Positions 1 to 9,532 are shown, counted from the first letter of the stretch. The stretch is DNA of 64,000 nt from an uncultured Candidatus Saccharibacteria bacterium (GCA_964448295.1 CAYUVV010000001.1:23838-87837), one strand, 5' to 3'. Notes: generated by a model not told the origin, from the letters alone. A program made the numbers and translations.

Positions 1-98
1 ATCTTTCGTCGGGTGGTTGGGGCCGCCAAAACAGGCGAGCAGACTCTCACCGGGGCCATCAATCAAGCTCACAACGACCTTGAACGCTTGTTGCCAAA

Positions 99-509
99 AT
101 GATTAAAAAACTACCTGTCTTTATTCTGGCCCTGACCGTGTTGAGCGGCGTCGCTTTTTTACCCGCATTAGCGGTTGGCCAAACCAATCCTTTGCCCGAG
201 GGGATTGTGCCTAGATGTACTGATGGCGTGTGCCATTTCAACGACCTGCTTAAACTTATCGGCAATATTTTTACTTTTTTGGTGCGGGTGATTGCTGTGC
301 CGGTGGCTGTTCTTTCTATCACTTACGCCGGCTGGTTGTATATCTCTAAGCCAACGGACTTAAGCGCGCGTAGCAAGGCCCGAGATATTTTGCTCGCCGC
401 CGTCGTTGGTTTGGCCATTACTCTCGCGAGTTGGCTCATCGTCCGGACGATCATCGTCGCCCTCACCGGCGACGAGGCAAGCCCCTACCTCCGCTTTTTC
501 GGGAGTTAG
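99..509 (+). CDS. TrbC/VirB2-type (T4SS-like) pilin-like small membrane protein, paralog 1 of 5
   Basis: 136-aa ORF with an N-terminal signal peptide (MIKKLPVFILALTVLSGVAFLPALAVGQ) followed by two long hydrophobic helices. The same architecture recurs in the next four ORFs. Confidence 0.5.
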   Translation: MIKKLPVFILALTVLSGVAFLPALAVGQTNPLPEGIVPRCTDGVCHFNDLLKLIGNIFTFLVRVIAVPVAVLSITYAGWLYISKPTDLSARSKARDILLAAVVGLAITLASWLIVRTIIVALTGDEASPYLRFFGS

Positions 510-541
510 GTCTATAATGTGGAATGTAGTAAGTATCAAAT

Positions 542-907
542 ATGATTAAATTGGCTCAAAAGACGTTAGCCCAAACTAATTTACCGAGCGTTGTTCCAGA
601 CCGCGGTACCAATTTGCCGACTAACGTCCCGGTAGACAAGCTCAATAATCCGCTAGGCGACGTTGATACTATTTACGAATTTCTGCTGGTTATTCTCAAT
701 CTCGTTGTTCAAATCGGGACGCCGGTGATTGTGCTCGCCGTAATTTATTCCGGCTTTTTGTTTGTGCGCGCGCAAGGTAATCCGTCCAAGCTTGACGAAG
801 CCAAGCAGGCGCTACTCTACACAGCGATCGGCGCGGCGATTGTTTTGGGCGCTTACACCATTACCACCGTGATTGAACGAACAGTCACCGGCCTCGGCGC
901 CGGTTAA
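542..907 (+). CDS. TrbC/VirB2-type pilin-like small membrane protein, paralog 2
   Basis: 121 aa, with a leader followed by two hydrophobic helices (LLVILNLVVQIGTPVIVLAVIYSGFLFV ... LLYTAIGAAIVLGAYTI). Tandem with paralogs 1 and 3-5. Confidence 0.5.
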   Translation: MIKLAQKTLAQTNLPSVVPDRGTNLPTNVPVDKLNNPLGDVDTIYEFLLVILNLVVQIGTPVIVLAVIYSGFLFVRAQGNPSKLDEAKQALLYTAIGAAIVLGAYTITTVIERTVTGLGAG

Positions 908-934
908 GGTTTAAACAATCTAATCAAACAAATT

Positions 935-1330
935 ATGAAACAAAAAAATCGCCTAATTTTAGGATTTATACTTTTTGTCGTTCTGGCTGTTTTTTCCATG
1001 TCAACCGATAATGTTGTCGCTCAATCACGCACGAATAGCTCTGGAGATTTTTCCGCGCTGATTGACCAAATAATAACGGTTGTCGTCGTCCCTTTGATAA
1101 CTTTAATTTGGGCTTTATCCCTGCTTTATTTTTTGTGGAACGCGGTAAAATATTTACAAAGCGGCATGAATGATGGTGATCGGGAAGAAATTAGAAAATC
1201 GTTAGGCTATAGTGTTTTGGCCTTGTTTGTGATGACTGCTGTCTGGGGGTTAGTGAGAGTAATTGACAACACCCTAGATTTAGATTCATCTGTTATCGAA
1301 ACTCCAAAATTGCTCCAATATCAAAGGTAA
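935..1330 (+). CDS. TrbC/VirB2-type pilin-like small membrane protein, paralog 3
   Basis: 131 aa, with a signal peptide (MKQKNRLILGFILFVVLAVFSMS) and two TM helices. It shares a motif with paralog 4 (WNAVKYL / WELVSYL ... VWGLVRV). Confidence 0.5.
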   Translation: MKQKNRLILGFILFVVLAVFSMSTDNVVAQSRTNSSGDFSALIDQIITVVVVPLITLIWALSLLYFLWNAVKYLQSGMNDGDREEIRKSLGYSVLALFVMTAVWGLVRVIDNTLDLDSSVIETPKLLQYQR

Positions 1331-1421
1331 CATTTTCCCCAGTCATAGTTTCGTTCCGACGCTTTCAGCGGTAGAATGAGCGCAATCAGTCGTTTAGATT
1401 AAAAGTTTAGTTTTGTAATTT

Positions 1422-1778
1422 ATGTTCAAAAAATTGTTGTTTCTAACGCCAGTTGGCATTCTGTTCGCGCCGGCAATGGTGGGAGCGCAGGGTGATGTAC
1501 AGGGCATCCTTCGGACTATAATGAATCTACTCAACACCCTGGTGCCGATTATTATGGCGCTGGCGATTATTTACTTTTTGTGGGAGCTCGTCAGCTATTT
1601 GTCTAAACAAGGTGATGAGGGAGAAAGAAAGGAACATCGGCAGAAAATGATTTTTGCCATTATCACTTTGGCGGTGATGGTCGGTGTTTGGGGTTTGGTG
1701 CGCGTGGTGCTTAATACTTTCCAAATTCAGCCAGGTGGTTCACCTCTACCTACACCCGGTTTGCCAGTAGCGCGTTAA
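1422..1778 (+). CDS. TrbC/VirB2-type pilin-like small membrane protein, paralog 4
   Basis: 118 aa, with a signal peptide and two TM helices, and a VWGLVRVV motif shared with paralog 3. Confidence 0.5.
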   Translation: MFKKLLFLTPVGILFAPAMVGAQGDVQGILRTIMNLLNTLVPIIMALAIIYFLWELVSYLSKQGDEGERKEHRQKMIFAIITLAVMVGVWGLVRVVLNTFQIQPGGSPLPTPGLPVAR

Positions 1779-1790
1779 TTTCCCTCTCCG

Positions 1791-2039
1791 GTGCCCATTC
1801 CGCTTCTTGATGCGGTCGTCGCAAAGATTGTAAATCCGGTCATCACCCTTATCGGGGCGCTGGCTGTGGTTTACTTTCTTTGGGGACTCTTCCAGATGAT
1901 CGTGAACGCCGAGAGCGAGGAAGCGCGAGCGACGGGCCGCCGCCACGCCTTTTACGGGTTAATCGGCCTCTTCATTATTGTCGCCGTTTTCGGCATCATC
2001 AACGCCATCCAGGCGACGGTGGATAGTTTGGCCGGTTAA
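1791..2039 (+). CDS. Short two-TM paralog of the pilin-like family, with no signal peptide and a GTG start
   Basis: 82 aa. The two hydrophobic helices (VITLIGALAVVYFLWGLF ... LIGLFIIVAVFGII) resemble the mature part of paralogs 1-4. Confidence 0.4.
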   Translation: MPIPLLDAVVAKIVNPVITLIGALAVVYFLWGLFQMIVNAESEEARATGRRHAFYGLIGLFIIVAVFGIINAIQATVDSLAG

Positions 2040-2130
2040 AGTTTTGATTTTGGCAAAACGAACCCCCATGCGGCCGCGCGGCGACCGAATGGGGGTTTCC
2101 GTTGTTAATTCAAATTAACCTCCTTTCTGG

Positions 2131-2736
2131 CTAATCCTTTCCTACCCAAGTTGTCCCCAAACGAGGATCTTGCCAACGAACCAAAAAGGTCGCCTGGGAG
2201 ATCCCCGCCGGGTTCTGCGGAACTCGACACCGGAGATAGAAATCCTCTCTGGTCGGTTCCGTGCCTGCGGGTAGAGGCACGAGGCCGGTTTTATCCTCCG
2301 GCCACTTGATCCAAGTCCAGGGCTTGGAACGTGCCGTTTGGCACTCGATGGGCCCGCCTTCCGCGAAGAAACCAACAACCGCTCTGGGACTATCGAGGCA
2401 GGAGAGAGCAAATCTCTCACCCCACTCTTTTCCCACAAAAATTTCTTCTTGTTGTGGGGACGAGTTTCGGTTTGGCCGAAATTGAGAGACGGGGCCGTAC
2501 ATGACGGTCTCGGTCGTTTTCTTGCCGCCGATGAATCCCTTAATGGTTTCTAGGTGGTTACTGGCCGCCCAAGCGATTACCACTACCGCTGTTAGACCGA
2601 GGAGCCACCAACCATATCTGCCGACTTTCACTTTCGGCCAGTCGATTTTTTTTTCTCTTTTTCTCAGCGCGAGCGCGAAAACGAACAATACGATAACGCT
2701 CGCGATTAACAGTTGTGTTTCCGGACTCAGAGACAT
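2131..2736 (-). CDS. Hypothetical membrane protein, abutting the SPFH gene (possibly translationally coupled)
   Basis: 201-aa ORF with two N-terminal TM helices. Its start directly abuts the stop of the upstream SPFH-like gene. Confidence 0.5.
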   Translation of the reverse strand: MSLSPETQLLIASVIVLFVFALALRKREKKIDWPKVKVGRYGWWLLGLTAVVVIAWAASNHLETIKGFIGGKKTTETVMYGPVSQFRPNRNSSPQQEEIFVGKEWGERFALSCLDSPRAVVGFFAEGGPIECQTARSKPWTWIKWPEDKTGLVPLPAGTEPTREDFYLRCRVPQNPAGISQATFLVRWQDPRLGTTWVGKD

Positions 2737-4083
2737 TTATTTACCACCTCCTTTCGTTTTGTCTGGGTTAACCAGCACCGCCGGTGCTTCTGAGCGACCG
2801 CCGAATCGGCCTAGAAACAGCGTGGTTGCGGCTGTGTTGTTTTTCATCGCTTCCGGCAAAGCTTGGTTCTCTAGGTAGCACCTTAGAGCCTCAGCTAGTT
2901 GATCATTTGGTATCCCCTCTTCTTTAAACACCCTGATAATCTCTTTCAATCTCTCGCTTTCACCTTGGCCTGTATTCCTTAAGACCTGTCTGTCTCCCTC
3001 CGATTTAGCGACATCCCCTTCAGCCGTTAATATTGCCAGCTGTTTGGCTTGCACCGCTTTTTCAAGATCCTTGGTAGCCTCATCGGCTTGGGATTCGACC
3101 ACTTCGACACTTTCTATCACGACTCCAAAAGTCTCGAGTAGACCTTTTTCGTCAATGAACCTGGTGTCTTTTGATCCGTCAGTGGGCTCCTTGCCTACGA
3201 GCTTACACAGATATTCATAACACTCTCCATTATCTCGTAAGGTTTTGAAATAATTAACGCCGACGTTGATTTTTCGCAGAGCCTTCTCTAGGGGCGAACC
3301 TCTGCCTCGGGCTGTTTCCAGCCATGTTGCCAGAGTTAGGGGTTGGCCGTTTATTCGACATTCCGCAAAGTAGTTAGATACCGCCGCTTGAACTGCTCGA
3401 TCGAGAGAACGAAGAAACTCCTTGCCCTTGAAAGTATAAGCCGCAACCGTCGGCCTAACTACCAGGTAAATCACCTGTAGAAGTAGGTCAATTTTGGAGT
3501 TATCCCTCATCTCGATCGCTTCTACGAGAACAAACCGTACAATCTTTCTCCGGAGCGAGAGAACAACATTATCTCGCTCGTCAGACTTTCTGTAAAGCTT
3601 GTCTCGTATACGAACGTCCTTTTTCTTTTTGTTTGTATCATCCGGCTTTTCTTCGAGATAGAGTTTATCTATCACGATTCGTCGGACTTTCTTCTGAAAC
3701 CAAAGCCAACCGACGAATCGAATTCTCCATAGCCGCCAGATGATTCTTTGTATCCACCTCGTACCCCAAAGTGTCCCTCTAAACCAGCGTTGTGCCCACT
3801 CTCGTTCCGTTTTTCGTTTGTACTTTTCCGGGTCCTCGTTTTCTCCTTTTTTCCGTTGGCTTACAATCCAGTGATGCCCATCAGGATCAACGTCTTTGGA
3901 CACAACGAATCCTGGCGTATTGGGCCAAATTGCCACCGGAGTTTCTCCGGCTTCCACAATGACTATGTGGTCCCGCTCGGGCTCCGAGAAGATAATTGAC
4001 CTTTTGGCCAACATCGTCATCACAACTACAATCAGCACCGGAATCACCACGAGAGACAAAAACCAGAAAATCACCGCATCCAT
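2737..4083 (-). CDS. SPFH/Band-7 (stomatin/flotillin-like) domain membrane protein
   Basis: 448 aa with an N-terminal TM helix. The C-terminal region (VVIESVEVVESQADEATKDLEKAVQAKQLAILTAEGDVAKSEGD) resembles the SPFH C-terminal segment. No homology search was run. Confidence 0.45.
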   Translation of the reverse strand: MDAVIFWFLSLVVIPVLIVVVMTMLAKRSIIFSEPERDHIVIVEAGETPVAIWPNTPGFVVSKDVDPDGHHWIVSQRKKGENEDPEKYKRKTEREWAQRWFRGTLWGTRWIQRIIWRLWRIRFVGWLWFQKKVRRIVIDKLYLEEKPDDTNKKKKDVRIRDKLYRKSDERDNVVLSLRRKIVRFVLVEAIEMRDNSKIDLLLQVIYLVVRPTVAAYTFKGKEFLRSLDRAVQAAVSNYFAECRINGQPLTLATWLETARGRGSPLEKALRKINVGVNYFKTLRDNGECYEYLCKLVGKEPTDGSKDTRFIDEKGLLETFGVVIESVEVVESQADEATKDLEKAVQAKQLAILTAEGDVAKSEGDRQVLRNTGQGESERLKEIIRVFKEEGIPNDQLAEALRCYLENQALPEAMKNNTAATTLFLGRFGGRSEAPAVLVNPDKTKGGGK

Positions 4084-4228
4084 TGTTGCACCCCTTTCTA
4101 ACCGATGTTTGGGTTCTCGAGTTATTTTGAAGTCAAAGACCTACTCGTTGAGGATTATATCATAATATATAAAAAAAGCAACCCCGGGCCGATTAACTCG
4201 GCGCGGGGTTGTTGATGGGTAATGTTTT

Positions 4229-4762
4229 TCATTCCCACCAGGTTCTGATCTCGAAGTTCTTGGGTTGGCCATCGAGAACTTTGATTTCGATCGCGTGGCT
4301 GCCGTCGGCCCTCGTTTGCGACTTTACCCGATAGCCGGTAAGGCCGGGCGGGTTCGTCCTCACTTCGTACCTTGCCCCCGCCGCCACTGTGAAATGGAGG
4401 CGGTTGCCGGGGCTGACTGATTTCTCGTCTGTTCTTGCGCCGTCCGGCTTGATTCCCGGTCCTGGCTTAGGTTGAGAAACGACGACCCCTTCTTTTGGGA
4501 TTTCAGTCAGGCGTAGAATTTGTTCGTTTGCCAGTGGTGTTGGGCTTTTGTCGGCGACGGGGGGCATCGAGGCAACCACCGGAGCCGTGTTCGACTTGCC
4601 CGCATTCCAAATGATCACGGCCAAAAACATCAATACCAACATTCCTGATGCCCCTATCAACACCGCAGACACCGGATATTTTTCGGTCTCAATCGCCAGC
4701 GCCGGGGCTTGATCAGTTTCCGCTTTCTTGCCCGCTTTGTTCTTTCTGCGTTTTTCTTCCAT
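4229..4762 (-). CDS. Hypothetical membrane-anchored protein
   Basis: 177 aa with a lysine-rich N-terminus, one TM helix and a beta-rich C-terminal domain. Confidence 0.45.
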   Translation of the reverse strand: MEEKRRKNKAGKKAETDQAPALAIETEKYPVSAVLIGASGMLVLMFLAVIIWNAGKSNTAPVVASMPPVADKSPTPLANEQILRLTEIPKEGVVVSQPKPGPGIKPDGARTDEKSVSPGNRLHFTVAAGARYEVRTNPPGLTGYRVKSQTRADGSHAIEIKVLDGQPKNFEIRTWWE

Positions 4763-4780
4763 CGTGCATCTTCCTTTCTT

Positions 4781-5131
4781 TTACATTCCTAGAGTGCTTT
4801 TCGTAAAGTAGATTGCCGCGATTGCTCCGGCGGCGGCGCTGGCGGTCACCACGATTGCCCAGAGCGCGCCTCGGCCGAGGAACCTTCCCCACGTCGGTTT
4901 TGGATAATGCTTGTCAATCGTATCTTTGATGATACGGGCAAGAATGGTTTCCAAAGCCAGAGCTAGCCGCATTCCTTCTCCCGCTCCGTTGAGCGCTCCG
5001 GTGAGTTTCGTCAACGTCTCCGCTAGCGCGTTGACCCTGACCTCTAGGCATTCTCCGCTTTTGGGCCTTGCCTGGCGCTTTCTTGGTGTTTTATGAGCGC
5101 CGTCACCTTCTCTTTTTTCGATTTCTGGCAC
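4781..5131 (-). CDS. Hypothetical protein
   Basis: 116-aa ORF co-directional with downstream genes. It has a hydrophobic C-terminus. Confidence 0.35.
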   Translation of the reverse strand: MPEIEKREGDGAHKTPRKRQARPKSGECLEVRVNALAETLTKLTGALNGAGEGMRLALALETILARIIKDTIDKHYPKPTWGRFLGRGALWAIVVTASAAAGAIAAIYFTKSTLGM

Positions 5132-5217
5132 GTTTTTCCTCCGTTTTTGCGGGTTTGGCTGTCAAGATTCTTTCCACTCTAACATCTAACACACAAGTGT
5201 TTTGTTTGCAAGTCCTG

Positions 5218-5299
5218 TGGGCGAGGTGGGATTTGAACCCACAACCCGTGAGGGATACGGTTCTAAGCCGTACGCGTATGCCAATTCCGCCACTCGCCC
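5218..5299 (-). tRNA. tRNA-Leu(TAG)
   Basis: Manually folded on the reverse complement. Acceptor GGGCGAG/CTCGCCC, anticodon loop CTTAGAA, long variable arm, T-loop TTCAAAT. CCA is not encoded. Confidence 0.85.
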
Positions 5300-5314
5300 G
5301 GATATGCTACCGTG

Positions 5315-5387
5315 TGCCCCGTGAGGGATTCGAACCCCCGACCGTCTGCTTAAGAGGCAGCTGCTCTACCAACTGAGCTAACGAGGC
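5315..5387 (-). tRNA. tRNA-Lys(CTT)
   Basis: Reverse complement folds as GCCTCGT TA GCTCAGTTGGTAGAGC, anticodon loop CTCTTAA, T-arm GGGGG-TTCGAAT-CCCTC, acceptor 3' ACGGGGC. Confidence 0.85.
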
Positions 5388-5413
5388 CGGTACCGCCGCA
5401 TTTTAAATTAAAT

Positions 5414-6274
5414 TTGGCAAAAGTAAATCTAAAGAAGAATGACGCCCGACTCATTATGGGGCGGCCAGTGGCCGACCGTCTTTTGCGTTTGGTCGCTCGC
5501 CGCGCGGCGGGGCTGACTCGTCCGCCGTGCTTGGCGGTTTTGCTTATTGGCCGCGATCCGGCCTCCGAGCTTTATGTCCGGCTAAAAAGGCAAGCCGCCA
5601 AGCAGTTGGGATTTGATTTTCGGTTTAAACATTATTTCAAGCCGCCGCGGCTCACCGACCTGCTTAAATTGGTTGCGCGCTGGAATACCGATCCGAAGAT
5701 CGATGGTATTTTGGTCCAATTGCCTCTACCTCGTTCGCTCTTGCGTCATACGGGCGCAATACTTGACGCGGTTGCTCCCGAAAAAGATGTGGATGGTTTT
5801 CATCCGCACAATCAATTTATCGAGCCTGTGTTGCCCCAAGCAATTATGAGACTCTTGCGTCAGGCTCGACCTAGGTCGGGGAGTAGATCTGTCGTCCTGG
5901 CCCGATCAAAAATTTTTGGCGAGATGATGACGCAGCGTTTGCGCCGCGCCGGTTATCAATCGCAAATGATAATTTGCCCGAGCCGCCGGTTGCCGCCCGA
6001 GTTGCTAGCGGCAATTAAGCGCGCCCAAGTAATTGTGACCGCGCTCGGTGTGCCGGGAATTTTGCGGGCCGAATTCATCCAACTCGGCGCGGTGGTCATT
6101 GACGCCGGTATTGCCCGCGTACGAGGAAAAGTGCGCGGCGATGCCGCGCCGGCGGTGGCAGCCAGAGCGGGTTGGCTCACGCCCGTGCCTGGGGGTGTTG
6201 GCCCAGTTACCGTTGCTTGCTTGTTCTACAATTTGGTTTGTCTCGCGCGAAGAAATGCCGGAGGTGGGAGTTGA
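5414..6274 (+). CDS. folD: Bifunctional methylenetetrahydrofolate dehydrogenase/cyclohydrolase
   Basis: 286 aa with FolD hallmarks: LAVLLIGRDPASELYVRLKRQAAKQLG, DVDGFHP, and a C-terminal GGVGPVTVA. The 3' end overlaps tRNA-Leu(TAA) on the opposite strand by about 19 nt. Confidence 0.8.
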   Translation: MAKVNLKKNDARLIMGRPVADRLLRLVARRAAGLTRPPCLAVLLIGRDPASELYVRLKRQAAKQLGFDFRFKHYFKPPRLTDLLKLVARWNTDPKIDGILVQLPLPRSLLRHTGAILDAVAPEKDVDGFHPHNQFIEPVLPQAIMRLLRQARPRSGSRSVVLARSKIFGEMMTQRLRRAGYQSQMIICPSRRLPPELLAAIKRAQVIVTALGVPGILRAEFIQLGAVVIDAGIARVRGKVRGDAAPAVAARAGWLTPVPGGVGPVTVACLFYNLVCLARRNAGGGS

Positions 6275-6337
6275 ACCCACAAGCCTTGCGGCGACCGATC
6301 TTAAGTCGGTTGCGTCTGCCAATTCCGCCACTCCGGC
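6256..6337 (-). tRNA. tRNA-Leu(TAA)
   Basis: Reverse complement has acceptor GCCGGAG/CTCCGGC, D-arm GCGGAATTGGCAGACGC, anticodon loop CTTAAGA and a long variable arm. Confidence 0.85.
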
Positions 6338-6391
6338 GTTCGTTCGATCACAGACTATCATAATTGGCCGTTTTTGTCTTGGGAAAGAAAG

Positions 6392-6463
6392 AGGCGCGGG
6401 CGGGAATTGAACCCGCGTATAAGGGTTTTGCAGACCCTTGCCTTACCACTTGGCTACCGCGCC
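6392..6463 (-). tRNA. tRNA-Cys(GCA)
   Basis: Reverse complement reads GGCGCGG TA GCCAAGTGGTAAGGC, anticodon loop CTGCAAA, T-arm GCGGG-TTCAATT-CCCGC, acceptor 3' CCGCGCC. Confidence 0.85.
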
Positions 6464-6468
6464 ATTTT

Positions 6469-7968
6469 TTATTCTTCCACTACGGCGAAAGTTTGCAGAA
6501 CATCGCCCGGGGCGAGAGTGATTTTTGACTCTACCAGCGAACCGAACTGGTTGTCGTGAGCAACGGCGGTCGCCTTAAGTTTTTGTTGTTCTAGTCCCAT
6601 GATTTTGCCGTAGCCGATCTCGCTCTCGCGGCGAATGATTTTAAAAGATTCCCCCTCGCTGATTGTTCCTTCAAGCACCACGCCACCAACCACCTGCCGG
6701 CCTTTCTCGTTGTTAAAGAGGCGGAGCAGGCGAGCCCGGCCCCGGTTTTCATTGCGGGTAATTTTGGGCTGACGGCGGGCGGCTTCTTTGCTGAGCCAAT
6801 CTGTTAATTCGTGGATTAGAGGAAAAGATTCAATGGTGATGCGGTGTTTGGCTGCGAGTTCGCGCGCGGCCTTTTCCGCCGCTACGCCGAAGCCGATAAT
6901 AATACCACCAGCGCCGAGCGCCTTGACGTCACTTTCGCTCACCGGTCCAACGCCGGTGGCAACGATTTTGAACGTGACTCGTTCTGTGGCGATAGTGCGC
7001 GCCACGCGCGCGGCCGCCTCGCTGGTGCCAGTCGTGTCGCCTTTAACAATTGTTGGTACTACCACTAGATTAGTTGTTGCGGCCTTGGCGGGGGAGCCTC
7101 TTCCTGCATCAGTCATTTTTTCGACCGCGCGTCGCATGGCCAGCGTTTTTTCCATTTCCTTCTTGTTGGCACAGGTGAAAAAAGGCGCACCGGCGGGCGG
7201 CAAATCATCCCAGCCGAGAGTTTCTGCTGGCGCCGAGAACGAGACGGCTTTCGCGGTTTGTCCGTGGCCATCGCGCAGACCGCGAATCTTGCCTCCCGTT
7301 TGCCCGGCGAGTAAAAAGTCGCCCGCGCGCACCGTACCGTCTTTCACAATAATGTTGGCGATTATCCCGCTTTGGCGATCGCGGCGCGACTCGAGAATGA
7401 AGCCGCTACCAGGCGCTTCACGGTCACCGGAAAGTTCTACTAACTCCGCGGAGAGGACGAGTAACTCCAGTAGCTCGTCAATGCCCGCGCCGGTTTTAGC
7501 TGAGACGGCGACACCGGGAATCTTGCCGCCGTAACCCTCGAGAAAGATTTCGTTTTCGGCGAGAGACTGTTTGGTCCGATCGACGTTTGCCTCCGGCCGG
7601 TCAATTTTTGTGATCGCTACCACAAACGGAATATCCGCGCGTTTAATGGCGGCTAGGGCCTCGAGGGTTTGGGGTTTAACTCCTTCTTCCGCTGAAACGA
7701 CGAGGACCGCCAGATCGGCAATGCTCGCGCCGCGTTCGCGCATTTCATTGAAAGCCGCGTGGCCCGGCGTATCAATGAAGGTTAAAATTTTCTGTCGTCC
7801 GTCTTTGAGCTGATGACTGATTTCATAGGCGCCGATGTGTTGGGTGATGCCGCCGACTTCACTCTCGACCAGTTTGGTCTGTCGAAGATAATCGAGCAAA
7901 GTAGATTTGCCGTGGTCGATATGACCCACGACTACAACGACCGGCGGGCGTTCTTCCTTTTTTCCCAT
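6469..7968 (-). CDS. infB: Translation initiation factor IF-2 (short form, ~500 aa)
   Basis: GTPase motifs VVVVGHIDHGKSTLLD and DTPGH, plus the NKID motif in AITKIDRP. The C-terminal beta-barrels read GTISEGESFKII...GKIMGLEQQK. The track ORF extends to 8004 with a TTG start, but the ATG at 7968 (MGKKEE) is preferred. Confidence 0.8.
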   Translation of the reverse strand: MGKKEERPPVVVVVGHIDHGKSTLLDYLRQTKLVESEVGGITQHIGAYEISHQLKDGRQKILTFIDTPGHAAFNEMRERGASIADLAVLVVSAEEGVKPQTLEALAAIKRADIPFVVAITKIDRPEANVDRTKQSLAENEIFLEGYGGKIPGVAVSAKTGAGIDELLELLVLSAELVELSGDREAPGSGFILESRRDRQSGIIANIIVKDGTVRAGDFLLAGQTGGKIRGLRDGHGQTAKAVSFSAPAETLGWDDLPPAGAPFFTCANKKEMEKTLAMRRAVEKMTDAGRGSPAKAATTNLVVVPTIVKGDTTGTSEAAARVARTIATERVTFKIVATGVGPVSESDVKALGAGGIIIGFGVAAEKAARELAAKHRITIESFPLIHELTDWLSKEAARRQPKITRNENRGRARLLRLFNNEKGRQVVGGVVLEGTISEGESFKIIRRESEIGYGKIMGLEQQKLKATAVAHDNQFGSLVESKITLAPGDVLQTFAVVEE

Positions 7969-8028
7969 TATTCTCACTCTACCGGAAAAAATTTGACTTG
8001 GCAAAACAAAAAGTAGTCAATAAGGGGG

Positions 8029-9210
8029 ATGTTTCGACGACTGATCTATCTCGATACCGCCGCCGCCACACCGCTTGACCGCTCGGTGTGGCGAGCGATG
8101 AGCCGGGCGCGGTGGCGGTTTGCCAACCCGGCGAGCTGGCATCGTCAGGGTGTGGCGGCGGCGGCCATGCTCGCCGACGCGCGTCGGCGGGTGGCGCGAC
8201 AATTGATGGCGCGGCCGCAGGAGATTTTGTTTCTACCAAGCGCCACCGCGGCCAATAATCTGGTAGTGCGGGGAATAATTCCGCCCAGCCGCGAGGCCGC
8301 CGAATTTCACTTTGTTAGTACCCAGCTCGAACACTCTTCCGTCCGAGAGCCGCTCTTGCGCTTGGCGTTTGCGGGAGCACGAGTTACTTGGTTGCCGACG
8401 GATGCTTTCGGCCGAGTGGCGCCCGCGGCACTGGCGGACGCGTTAACGTCAAAGACCGTTTTGGTCTCGATCGGTTACGCCAACAGTGAAACGGGAGTAA
8501 TCCAAGACCTATCGTCCTTGGCGCGGGTAATCCGTGAATATCGGGAGACGCATCGGTTGCGTTGGCCCTATTTTCATACCGACGCCGCGCAGGCGACACG
8601 CTTTCTGCCGTTAAACATGGCTGCGCTCGGTGTTGATTTGCTCACCATCTCCGGCCGCAAAATTTATGGGCCGGCGGTTGGCGTGTTATTTGCGCGTCGT
8701 GACGCTCGTTTAACGCCAATTATCGTTGGCGGTGGGCAGGAAGACGGGCGGTGGGCAGGGACGGAAGATTTGCCGGCTATTGCCGGTTTGGCTACCGCGC
8801 TGGAGTTGGTCTCGCGGCGACGGGGAGCAGAAGGCCGGCGTTTAAGCGCGCTCCGCAATTATTTTTTCACGCGCTTGCGCGCGATCTTTCCCGAGCTGGA
8901 GTTAAACGGTTCACTCGAAAATAGCTTGCCGCATTGCTTGAACGTGTCGTTCCCCGGCGCCGATGCGGAATATGTGGTCTTGGCGCTCGATGCCGCCAGC
9001 GTGGCGGTCTCGGCCGGAAGCGCCTGCGCTCTCTCGAGCCGCGACCACTCTTATGTAATCGAACATTTGCGCGGCGCGACGGCGGCGCGGAGCGCCGTGC
9101 GCTTTACGCTCGACCGCCAAACCACTCGCCGCCAATTGGATTATGTTTTGAGGATTTTGCCACCGATTATCCACCGCGCGCGGTTTGACGGTTTGATCAA
9201 CGGGGTGTAA
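8029..9210 (+). CDS. Cysteine desulfurase (class V aminotransferase, IscS/NifS-like)
   Basis: PLP-lysine motif SGRKIYGP and active-site loop SAGSACALSS. 393 aa. Confidence 0.75.
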   Translation: MFRRLIYLDTAAATPLDRSVWRAMSRARWRFANPASWHRQGVAAAAMLADARRRVARQLMARPQEILFLPSATAANNLVVRGIIPPSREAAEFHFVSTQLEHSSVREPLLRLAFAGARVTWLPTDAFGRVAPAALADALTSKTVLVSIGYANSETGVIQDLSSLARVIREYRETHRLRWPYFHTDAAQATRFLPLNMAALGVDLLTISGRKIYGPAVGVLFARRDARLTPIIVGGGQEDGRWAGTEDLPAIAGLATALELVSRRRGAEGRRLSALRNYFFTRLRAIFPELELNGSLENSLPHCLNVSFPGADAEYVVLALDAASVAVSAGSACALSSRDHSYVIEHLRGATAARSAVRFTLDRQTTRRQLDYVLRILPPIIHRARFDGLINGV

Positions 9211-9275
9211 TGTGTCTAACCTAACCCCCTTAATGGATGAGGGGGTGATGTGGTCTTTCAAAAGTGGAGGATGGT

Positions 9276-9518
9276 ATGAGCAAGGGTCCTTTTGCGAAAG
9301 CGGCTACCGGCGAAGTTCTACGGTTTCTTGGCGCTGAGAGATTGTATGGCGCGTTATATGCCCGACTTCAGACGGTGGGTTCCAACGATTCCTATCTCCG
9401 CCCAATTTCCAAGGCAGTTCGGGATTTGGGATCGAAACACCCGAGTTTTGAAGAGGTTCAGTCGTTGGCAGAGGAGTATCGCCGGCAAATGAAAGAGGCG
9501 AATGCTTGCTTGTCCTAG
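9276..9518 (+). CDS. Hypothetical small protein (80 aa)
   Basis: ATG at 9276 preceded by GGAGGA with 5-nt spacing, and followed by a rho-independent terminator. Confidence 0.45.
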   Translation: MSKGPFAKAATGEVLRFLGAERLYGALYARLQTVGSNDSYLRPISKAVRDLGSKHPSFEEVQSLAEEYRRQMKEANACLS

Positions 9519-9532
9519 CTTCACATTACCGA

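Noticed and set aside
59-322. 87-aa minus-strand ORF overlapping pilin-like gene 1
   Set aside because: Antisense to a better-supported plus-strand gene that has a signal peptide and TM topology.
5068-5376. ORFs overlapping the tRNA-Leu/tRNA-Lys pair (also 6005-6410 over tRNA-Leu/Cys, 16354-16584 over tRNA-Trp)
   Set aside because: They translate tRNA genes. Spurious.
6788-7534. 248-aa ORF antisense to infB, and other antisense ORFs inside infB
   Set aside because: Embedded in a well-supported IF-2 gene. Composition is non-protein-like.
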